64,000 bases of DNA. It comes from Setoptus koraiensis. Taxonomy: Eukaryota; Animalia; Arthropoda. The notes below the pieces were generated by a model that saw nothing but the letters and a program-made list of their open reading frames with translations, made no database searches and had not been told where the DNA came from. The stretch is from contig CM106585.1 of assembly GCA_048013815.1 (NCBI GenBank), forward strand, positions 2,232,001-2,296,000, written 5' to 3'. Both the position numbers and the translations under genes were made by a program. Within the stretch, counting starts at the first letter, position 1. The number at the start of each line of letters is the position of its first letter. Shown piece by piece: positions 36,154-47,363 of this stretch.

Positions 36154-38216
36154 GGATGCAAAGATCGCCGATAGAATGAATAACAATAACGAATTGAACG
36201 GTCAGCACGAATAAACTAATATACTAGTATTACTGATATACAAATACGTGAACACGTGAACACGTGAATACATGAATAAGTAATAAGTATTGCGAATAGA
36301 AATGAAACCCAACAGTGTCGCAAGTTGCTAACCATTTAGTGGGAGCCATCATTATTGTTTTATACCTATGAATAAGGTACCTTTAGATTTTCGGCGTATT
36401 TGTTTGGAAGGAAAGAAGTCCCCATCTAGGCGAGGAAATTTCTTTCTTCTTCATCTAGTAAACGCTCTCTTTATTGCTTGTCCGTCCAATCGTCCATCTA
36501 ATTATATACCGGTATATATAGCAAAAAACACATAATCGTTATAGCAATTGGCCCATATGGTACATAGATTATTCACTTGATTCAACAACTAAATAACATA
36601 TCATTCAGTTGATGTGTGAAGGTGCCAAAATATTTACTTCACTTATATCAACTGTGTTGTTGATTTTTAGTGCTTATTAGCATGTGCATATGCCATCATT
36701 AAATAGATATACATAGTAATAGCATTAATATCTAATCTGTAGTCTAGTGAAATTCCTTTCTAGTTTATTATATCATTCTTGGTATACCTCTTGCGAGTTT
36801 CTCGCTTGTTGTCGGCCGGTAGATTGCTAAAAAGAAAATTAAGCGATAAACTCAATAGAAAGGAGCACAAAGTTGATACACCGGTATATAAATAAGAAGA
36901 GAAAGTCATTACCTGTGATGACTTTCTCTTCGACTAGCTTGTGTGCTTATCTTTTTTCTATCCTCATTGTCACCGTTATAATATTATCAGATGACGCAAG
37001 TGAAGAAGTTGTTTAGTAAATCTTGGTAATATACTATAGATATTGATATCTCTCCATAATAACACGCGCACCACCACCTTTGGTTTGTGATTGTATAAAT
37101 GCAAGGTCTGATGATAAAATCACTCTAATCTCTCTATATATAACCATCGACCGACGTGTCTATTGTATTAGATTGTATTGCATAAATTATCAGATTAAGT
37201 TATCTACTGAACTTATTTTATGTTAGACAACGTTATTGTCTATGTGTTAGAGACAATGTTGGCTATCTGGACCAAACTAAATGAGAGATTTTTCCATTTA
37301 CTTGTGCCATAAGCACACTGAATCTCACATAACAGACATAACTTATTACTGTCAACTAACACATTGCGTCTCTCATAGATAGATATTGTCTTGCCACCAA
37401 CTGTGGTCGATATTTAAACTTCATCTTGAGCCACTGGCCATTTATTCTGACGACCGAAACAGTTAACCTAGCTCAACTTCGCATTTATTACATCACAACA
37501 TGTGGCTAGAGCTGCTATAGATAACAGTGCGAGAACCATCATTCCTTGTAATCTTTTGTTTAATAATATATTATTATTTGTCTTGTTCTCTCTACCAATA
37601 TTCGTTGATACTTTCATAAGCTGATCCAAAGATAGACTCCCATCTCATCTAATGTAACATCATTGCTACTGTCATTATTTCAAGTCTGACTCAATGAAAT
37701 AGGTCAAAACAAACACAAACAAACAAACAAATCATTATCACTATGGAAAACAAATTAACAGTGGTCTTAGTTAACCTATTTTTATTATACAGGTTCGAAT
37801 CAGAGGTGAAATGGATGTAAATATACGTAAACAAGCTTATTACGCAACTATTGACAATTTTGTATTAATTAGCTATCGATCCGATAGCTAGATAAGTAGC
37901 TTTACAAAACAACGCTGGACTTGTGTGGTTAAATGAGCGACTGTATCAATTGCATTTTTCTAAATTTGAAATAAGATACTTGAGTGTTTGATTGGAAAAC
38001 AATCCAACTGGGCTTAATTGAAAATAAAGTAGATCAAAAGAAAACAACACTATCCGCGAAGTTATATAAATCTGCCTTGCTTTAATTGTTATACATATTA
38101 TTAACGCTTTTCTCTTGTTGGAATGGCAATAAAAATCAAACTGAAAAACAATCTTCATAAGTGTCTCGAACTAAACAATTCTGTTGATTATTTTGAGCAA
38201 TTCGTTGTTTACTCAC

Positions 38217-41104
38217 CATATTTAAGGGTGTTGTTAGTGAAGCGATAAATCGAATTAATAGAGCTGTCATTTGCGGTTATTGTTGCAGTCGTTGTTGTTG
38301 ATCTAATCACATGATGCAAACATTTATCTAAATAGTAATTCCATGTTGACAATTTTGATTTTATTTTTGTTCCCAAAATTTGTTCGCAATAATCTGTTAG
38401 TAGAACGAGAAGTTGATTCACTAATTCTAAACTCAATTGTTTCACTATCTTGGTTCCATTTTGATCTTTTCCGTGATGTAATATGATCTTGGCAGCATTA
38501 TGCTCCGTTGAACTGGCTAGTTTACTACTACCACTACTGCTACTATTAACACTATTCGCATCATCGTTGTTGGTGATGTTATTGTTGTTGCTTCTACTTC
38601 TTCTTTTCCTCTTTCTATTTGTACCACTTTTGTTTGCAGACCAACTGATAGAATTTGAGTTGCCAGTAGACTGTTTAATTATAGTATTACTACTATGTTG
38701 TGCCTGTATCGTAGAGCGTATTAGATTTATTTGGTGACAGTTTGATGATTTCAAGTTGACTGATTTTGAAACCTCAACTAGCAGACATTCATCATGAAGT
38801 AGTCTCAAATGTGTCACTATAAGTGGTTGTGACGATTGTGATGCTGTTAACAAAGTTGAGCGCTTACTTCTTAAATTGTTGGTGCTTGGATATTTGCTAT
38901 CAGCAAGTTGATTTAATTTATGATTGGTGACATCACGATTTGAATTAATATCTCCGAGTTCATCTAAGTCACTATTAGCATAACTACTATAATTGTTAAT
39001 TGAATAATTAACACCATCATTATTAACAACTATGTCGCTTGTCAATGTTATAGCTGGCAATGTTGTAATGCTATTATTGAATATATTTCTGCTTATTAAA
39101 GGAGGAAAGCAAATTAGAAATGATACTATCCAAACTAATGCAATTAATATCTTTGCTCTTCTTGTTGTCATGATAGTTTTGTATTTCACTGGACGAGTAA
39201 CGGCAACGTAACGATCTATAGATATGGCACACAAATTTAATATAGAAGCAGTTGATATCCAAACATCAATTACCAGCCAGCCGCGACACCACACTTTTCC
39301 AAACACCCAAACATCCAAGATCTTAATTCAATTTAGTTTGTGTCATAGTATTAGTATGTTGAGAATATAATAATTAAATCGTTTACACAACCAGAGCATG
39401 TTGTTTAATTTGTATTGTCAAGACAAGATAATGAGGTAATTCAGAATTAGTTTTTTGCCCGCGATTGCATCTGCTGTAAGTGTTGTTGAACTATCTAATT
39501 AAAATTAGATGAATCCAATATTGTCAGGGTTGCAAGTGTGAGTGACAACAATCTTATTTACACAGTGTTCGTGTCATGCCTAATCTAATTAGTGTTATTG
39601 ATTCAATTAATGATAGTGATATTCTATTTGAATGAGCCATTGTTTGCCCTAGTAAACACACACACACACACATGTTTTGGATTTGTTTTATACACTAAAG
39701 AACAAATTGGTTTTTATTCATTACATTCTTTCTTTTCTCCTACTCTCCTCTCAAACCTATTGATTCACCTCGTCGCGTTTGCTCTCCGGTCAAAATTTTT
39801 CTCGATTCATTAAATAAAAATGCCAAACGCCAACGTTCGCGATAAATAATTGTACAGTGTAATCAATTTCTACACAGTTGATCGTGAATGCTTCGAACAT
39901 GAGATTCTACTTTGATTTCAAACAAAATCAATTAAGTTTTATAAGTTGATGAACCCCAACAATGTTCAAATGCTGTCGATGCACTCGTCATAGCAAAAAA
40001 AAAACACTTCATCGAATTCTAACTTACCTCAAACAGTAGAGAATAAGGCAACACCGCAATACCAAGAAGCAGATCAGAGGCTGCCAATGATACTATGAAC
40101 AAATTTGTGACATTTTGTAACTTCGCTGTTGCATAAACAGCTAAAATGACTAGAATATTTCCAGCTACAACAGATAAATTAATAAATACTAATAATATAA
40201 ATAGGAACACAGCTGAACTTTTGGACAATTTGTTTGCTATAATTAATTGAGGCGATGTTACAAAGCAATCAGTTTGTTTTTGTTCGTTCGTTTGTAAGTT
40301 TGCTTGGGATCGAGTGGTGCTACTTTTGATATGAGACCTATCAATGTTGTTTATTTGTATACGATCATTATCACTTTCAAGCTTAACAATCTCTTGCTCA
40401 TTCGAAATGGAGTCACCGATCGATCTAATTGGACGAGCCTTTGCGGTGTAGTAATCATGATTACTGTTAACTGTATTTAATGTGCGATGACTGAGATTGA
40501 CTAATTCTTGACCAAGAGAAGCTTGTTGTATTATTGAATCATTTATTCGACGAGCTGTTAGATTGATTGAATCAATTGAATCAGGTGAATCGATTATTGT
40601 AATGTTAAACGACGAGAGGATATTATCTTCATCATTCGAATTCGAACAATTTATAGTTGCGAACAATTTTGCCAAAATAAATATCATCAATAAAGCATTC
40701 GGCCAGCGAACAAAATGTTTTGATAATTGTGTTGCTAGTTTTGATTTTAAATCTTTCCATTGATGATACGATATTTTGTTTGTATTTTTCTTTTCATTCT
40801 CGCTGTTACAACAATTGCAAACGGTCTTGGATTGGATGACTGTTGCTGTCTTGTTACGTGACAAACGTGATTGGTGACGAATGTGGCAAGTGGAATGGCT
40901 TGTCTCAATAATTTCTAATGTTTTGACTGAATGGTAACAGTAGCAACATTTAGAGCTCAACAAAACATTTCGTAGATCATTGTTGTTATTCGTTGTTGTT
41001 GGTGAGATAATAACATTATTGTCGCTGTTGTCTGTAATGGTCTTGGTAACATGATGATTACATGAATGATAATTCATGTAATCATCAAACTGGCTGTTTG
41101 TCAT
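38217..41104 (-). CDS. Oamb: Biogenic amine GPCR, OAMB / alpha-adrenergic-like octopamine receptor; TM1-TM4 only, two exons
   Basis: Exon A 41104-40028 (ATG...GNILVILAVYATAKLQNVTNLFIVSLAASDLLLGIAVLPYSLLFE|gtaagt). Exon B 39321-38217 (attaag|ILDVWVFGKVWCRGWLVIDVWISTASILNLCAISIDRYVAVTRPVKY...SFLICFPPL...KY+G|gtgagt). TM3 Asp and DRY are present. The DVW..TASILNLCAIS.DRYVAVTRP and ICFPPL motifs match my recollection of the OAMB group; subtype not confirmed by a search. Confidence 0.85.
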
Positions 41105-41280
41105 TACAGATTTGTGTTATTAACATGTTATGGGCAACATTTATCTGTATTTTTATACAATTTGCGTGCTTGCTAATAGAACGGTCAGTTGCGCAGCTCC
41201 ATATCTGACTCATACATTGCATCTTGCATCAAAATTAAATAAAACTAAATTAATTAAAAGTTTACTTTTTTCTTTCATTT

Positions 41281-41467
41281 TCTCTCGCCACCCTCTCTCC
41301 CTCTCTCTCTCCCTCTTTCCCTTTCTCGTTCTCTCTCTATCTCTCCTTCGCTCCCTTTTTCTCTCGCTTTTCTCATCTAAATTTCCCTTTAATTTACCAA
41401 TCATCATTTAAACCAACACATTTTAGTGAGAGAGGGAGAGAGAAGGAGAGAGAGAGAGGGAGAGAGA

Positions 41468-41505
<38 letters not shown>

Positions 41506-41514
41506 GAAAGAGAG
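41281..41514. repeat. Paired CT-rich (41281-41378) and GA-rich (41427-41514) tracts upstream of the GPCR ATG
   Basis: Read directly. Confidence 0.9.
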
Positions 41515-42120
41515 TTGGTAAGTGTCTGGTGTCAATGAAAGTGAAAGTGAGATCGCAAGATCAAGTTGTTGATAGAAAAGAATGAGAGTTTCACTGGTCG
41601 ACAAAGAGATGCGCATGTGCAAGCGCATGACATGATAAAACTAAATGCAGTACAATCGCTCTCCCACTATTACATAATTTTTACTCTTATTTATTGCTGT
41701 CATTTCATATATCTTGACACTCTATTGGGCAATTGGTGACAGTAAGCGTTAGTTTAGCTATTGTTAACACCCTGAATACCCTGAATGAGAGGGCAGCTCG
41801 TGCCGTTGTACAGGTATAATTGTTAAAGAACGAAAGAGAGACAATGGCAAAGATGTTCACCAAATGATTAGATCGATCGAATAGTTACAAGGGAATTAAA
41901 GGTGATTCGTTTATTTGATCATCCGCTTCATCATCGAATTATTACTAATACAAACATATGTCAATTGACACCGACTCGATCGATGGCACGCAAATGGCGG
42001 CCCAATGAATTGATGGATACAGTTAATTGGTCACTATGCACCAATTAGAATGATGATTGATTATGTAATCATGTAGTAAGCGAGCAATATACTGGCATTT
42101 TTTGAATGATTTGTTCCAGA

Positions 42121-42240
42121 TAGTGATCGGATCCCACCTGCCGCTATATGAGCTTGGATCTCCCGCCTGCCCCTCTCAGTTGGCCTCCCGCCTCCCACCT
42201 CCCAGCGGGGAGGTTGCCTCCCAACCTGCCCCGATCACTG
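42121..42240. mobile_element. Non-autonomous hAT-type MITE, 120 bp
   Basis: TIRs TAGTGATCGG (42121-42130) and CCGATCACTG (42231-42240), 9/10 complementary and starting YAG as hAT TIRs typically do. Perfect 8-bp flanking duplication GTTCCAGA at 42113-42120 and 42241-42248. The GC-rich interior has repeated CCCRCCT motifs. Confidence 0.75.
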
Positions 42241-45200
42241 GTTCCAGATTGCATTGAGCCATCAATTATCATTAATTAATCAATCAATATTGTGCATCAA
42301 CTGACCTAAATGAACTGTTAACTGTATTCATAGCAGCAAATGCATAATGCTGTATCGAGTGTAATGTTGTCAATGATATGTGATTAACTGTGCAATCAGT
42401 TTTCAATGTTTGCTATCAAATGTTTTGTTAACATTTAACTGTTATTGGCTTGACGGGTTTTCTGCCATGTTTGTGTATTGTTTGTTTAGTGTGTGTTCAG
42501 CCAGTTTGTTGTCTATATAATGTTCAATTAAGTCAGCTTGTTTGTTTGCTTGTGTGAGATGTTGCTAGCAACTAGAGTAAACTAGTCAACACATGAGCTC
42601 GTGTCACAAGAGTGCGCGTGTTGAGTTTAATACTGATTACTGTCAGTGTTAATTGTATTTGAGATAATTAATTGGATCAAAGTGAATGATATAAATAAAG
42701 TTGGACAGTAAGGTATGTGCAATTATGTGGTGTGCAGCTTGTTTCTGTTAGCAGCAACCAGATAAAGCAACCAATACGCAGTGTGCAACAACAGACAAAC
42801 CGACATATCGACAAACAAACAAACAAACACAAAGATAATGACAATAAATCTTTGTTAGTTGCGCACAAGTTTGGTTTGGTTGTGTATTGATTGTGCAACA
42901 ACAACCAAACACAACAATAGCACGCCTGATTATATTGCCACTTTCAATAATTATCTATCTTGTTTGTTTGTTGTGTAGCGCCCCAGTGGCCCGAAGCATC
43001 TTGTGCTATTTAGTTGCATTTATTTAGTTGACTTGTATGGTGGTGGTGCTAAGTAATCACTTAGGTTAGCTAACTATTTTGCTGGTTTAGTTTTTGCAGT
43101 TGGTCGTATTTGTCGGTGTAAGTGGGTCGGCATAGGTGGGTTTGCTGTATCACACACAGGTGAGGAACAAGAGAAATAGAAAGATTTTTACGCATGACAA
43201 TATAGTTCATTGGTATTTTGGCATGAGCGAATGTGTTGATGTCATTTGTGTTGGACACAACAACATGTGTGTGTCCAATACAGTTACAGTCATGATTGCC
43301 GTTATATAGTTATATAAGTCATAACAAGAGTAACGGTAATTGTGTGACTAAGCTCATTTTCATATATTCATTTTCATTTCCTCTTTGTGTGTGTGTCTCT
43401 TTCTGGGTTAGTGACTGTGACTGTATTTGTGTCTCACACATTCACAAACACAAACACTCTTGCTTATTGTCTCTTTAACTATATTTCATTAGACACACAA
43501 ACACACACATCTCTTTAGCGTGTCAACTCAACAATATCTTTGTTTGTGCCACGAGCAAGCTGCTTGTTTGTTGTCTGGTTGTCTGGTTGTTTGCGCAACC
43601 AGAGCCATCATCACCCGCGACCACGTAAAGCTAGTTAGTTGCATTAGTTGATGGTGCTCAGTGCACTACTGTCTACTAATAGCCAGTCAGACAGCGCCAG
43701 TGCAATCAACTGCGCAACAAAATCTAACTATATCTAACTAGAGCCACCACTGGCAGTCGCAACAACACATAAGCGACTACGTAAGCGTATAAGCGAGTGA
43801 CAAAAGATGATAAGAGTCACAGAGAAGCAGCCGAGATCGAGGGAGTGCGAGATTGAGGGAGACAGAGAGGGAGAGAGAGCAAAAAAGAAAGAAAAAAGAA
43901 ATGTTTGTTGTGCGCGTGTTTGTACGTGGCGTTTGTATAACAGCAACCTGTCAACTTGTGTGGCACGTAGCTGCAGATTTCCGCTTAAACAACCAACTTA
44001 CTTACATTACTTTACTTACACCTCATAGAGCTAGTATACTCATAGAGTATATTAGCGCAACAGAGTCACACGTTGTTACGTAACAACCTTCATTTATACC
44101 GTATATATACCGTATATGTACCGTATATAAACAGATCCGTATATTGAGACACCTTTCACTTGTTTTTCTTTTTTCTTTTTCTGTTGCTGCCATCACACGA
44201 CTAAAGATTCACTCGTTCTGTTCCATTGAGATTCATTCATGAATAACTAACTGTCTCTGTCAATGTGCGCCCGCTCTCTCGCTGGCACCTCCACTAATGT
44301 CCGCTCAGTCGGCACCTTGTGTCACACTTGCCTATTGCGCCAGCAGATACTGTTACAATTGGCAAGACCTCACTATTCACTTATAATACACGCTGCCGAC
44401 TGTTGCAAATAAACACATAGATGCGCTCTGGCTGCCTGTCTGTCTCCTTGGAAACAATTTCAATTTCAATCTCGCTCGACATTCGCGCTCGTGCTCGTTG
44501 TCGCCTGTCTCACGACCACCAAACCAATCCATATAGTACAGTGACAAAACAGCAACAGTATTTGTCCACTTAACTTGCAACCGTCAGTCGACTCAGCTCA
44601 ACCAACCACCCACAAAACAACTGAATAAAAGCAAACAAATACAGCCAGCCCAAAGGTTGATACAAAAATGTTTGTTTGTTTGTTTGTTTGTTTGTTTGCT
44701 TGCTTGCTTGTGTTGATATTGGTTGCTTGGCTGAACAGAGGAAGCCCCGAAGTTTAGAAAGTTTGTTCCAGTTACAACTTGATGTTACAGTTAGCACATG
44801 TTATGTTAGTGGTCAGACAAATAAAACCAACTCTTTAAGTTGCGCCATCTATAAAGAGAGAAAACTTTTTCAGCAACCGTTTTCTTTTTCTTATTCTCTT
44901 ATTATTATGGCATATGGATGTAATAAATGTTTGTTTTATTTGTCGGCCGTTTGTGTGCAATGATGCAACAGTCTATTGAGTCTATGTAAAAAATAAAATA
45001 CTTTAATTGCGCAACAAACAACAGTGTTATTGCACATAAAATACAATTCTATATAAAAACGGATTTTATTCTCAAAGAGTAAATATCTTTTGTCTTGTTG
45101 TACTCACAACTACCACTGGTGCTACTGTACGAACCACGACAAACTTTCTTGGCTATGCAAGCTATATTGTAAAAGCTCACAATAGAGTGAATTTTAAATA

Positions 45201-47292
45201 AATATAGGATAATATATAGAATAAATAATATATAAAACAACCAATAGCCACACTAATCTTGCCACGTAACCAAAAGGAAATATTGAATATGTTAACAATT
45301 GATTCAGTTGATATACAATGTAACAATAATATATTATATATATTGGAGACAGTCACCACAAATTGGGCCACTGTTACTATAGTTGACCTAACGAGCTCAT
45401 CATGGTTGGTTACGTCATTGCTTGGTTGAACAATCGATCATTGCTGACAATCCATTGATTCTCTTATGTTTCACCACGTTACTACAGCAGCAACAATATT
45501 AGACTGCTTTTGATGCCGGCCGATGTCAGATGTAAGAAAACATTTTACGATCAAATCATGTGACTTGTCCCAAACAAAGCGCCAGAAATGTTTTGCTGCG
45601 GCAACAGTAAAAAAGTTTACAACCGAACGGGAGCGAGCAAATAAAATGTAAGCGATATGATGCTATGAAAAATGTTTTCATTTGGTTGTACTTGGTTGTT
45701 TATGGCAATAAAACTATAAACTACTAACTATATCGCTGTGTGTATGTTCTGGTCACAAGTGGACAAGAGAATAAGAATAATAAGTGACTTTAACGGACCA
45801 ATTGTTTGGACAAAGATGTTACAACAACCACGGCGACAATAACAACAACAGCAACGACAACAACAACAACAACGTCGAACGGTTTAGTAACGAAAGTATC
45901 GTTTGTCTACAGAGATCGACTGTAGCATGCTATATGTTGTATAAAAAGTGAATCTACACGCAAAATGCATAATGCATTAAGTCATTAGGTGACCATGATA
46001 ACAAACGATGCGAGAAATTATGTAGGATTCAGGTAACGATGCCGAGATACATTCTGTCCATGTTATGTTGGTTTGTTTTCTCTTGGTATTGTTGTTGTTG
46101 CTGCTGCCGCTGTTGGGGTTATCTTGTGATGTAACACGATGCGATGCTGCAATGAGAGGTCAGCAAACATATTTACAATGTTGTCGTTGCAATACTAGCC
46201 CACACTGTCAATGGCTCAACCTATTCTTTGCTGACACCACTAGCTACCTACTGTGCTACTGCGCAACTTATCCATCAAAACGACAAGCTAGATAAATACA
46301 TTTTGGACATCTTCAATGGGCATACCATCATATATATGATATATCTATTCAAATGATAGAAAGTGTGCTAATGGTCACTATAAACTATATTATAAGTAAT
46401 TGAATAGTATAGAGCGAAAGTATTCGTTAAAGTGATTTCGTTAGTGTAATGTCAAGTGCGAATCTCCAAGTATTACTTATAATAAATATTATTGGTCATG
46501 TTCAAATAAGCCGACTTTGAATGACAATTGTGACACCACACAAACAGTCAGTTCGAGTCTTGCGTGCATAGTGCATCATATTTATGAATATCGTCTGATA
46601 TCTCGCGGATAAGGCGCTTGGTGCACTTTTCAATGCTCTTGAAGATCAACTTGTATATGTTGTTCATTAATTCTTGATTTTAGCCCAATAGAGATAGTAC
46701 AATTATATCGAAACTTTGGACATGTATGGTAACAACTGATTGCGTGTTGATTAATAATACATTATCGGAGATTGACCAAAAGGTAATTGTTATTGATAAT
46801 TAACATGTACGGATGAGATTGACGACAATCAAATGCTACAAATGTCACTAATACAATAATAATTCAATGAGTAGCAAAATGACGAGTACACTTATTACAG
46901 GTTACATTTCGTATGTGAATAGACTGTTTTCAATCACATTTATCCAACTCACTCATATTGCATCTGTATTAGATCGCCATCATATAAATAAATAACAATT
47001 GCACACAATTATGACCTAACAAATTAATTGAGATTGCAAACAAACGCTAACCAATCAAGTTTGGGCTATGCATGCGATTGTTGTATGGCTTTGCATGCGG
47101 AGATGTGCTTATGTTTAGCTAAATGGTCGCGAATGCTCGGCAATTTGGCTTTGTATTTAGTGCTACTGATGTTATTTAATCTCTTTGTCAAATTATCGAA
47201 TACCATTGTGTATGTGACTATCTGCTTGTCATGGTGCTTGTTTGCTTGTATGGCCATTATTGGGGCTCCTTCCGAATTTGTTTTTTCTCTCC

Positions 47293-47295
<3 letters not shown>

Positions 47296-47360
<65 letters not shown>
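47296..47360. repeat. (CT)n microsatellite
   Basis: Read directly. Confidence 0.95.

Positions 47361-47363
<3 letters not shown>

Noticed and set aside
35547-36208. ORFs spanning X runs
   Set aside because: Artefacts of the N gap.
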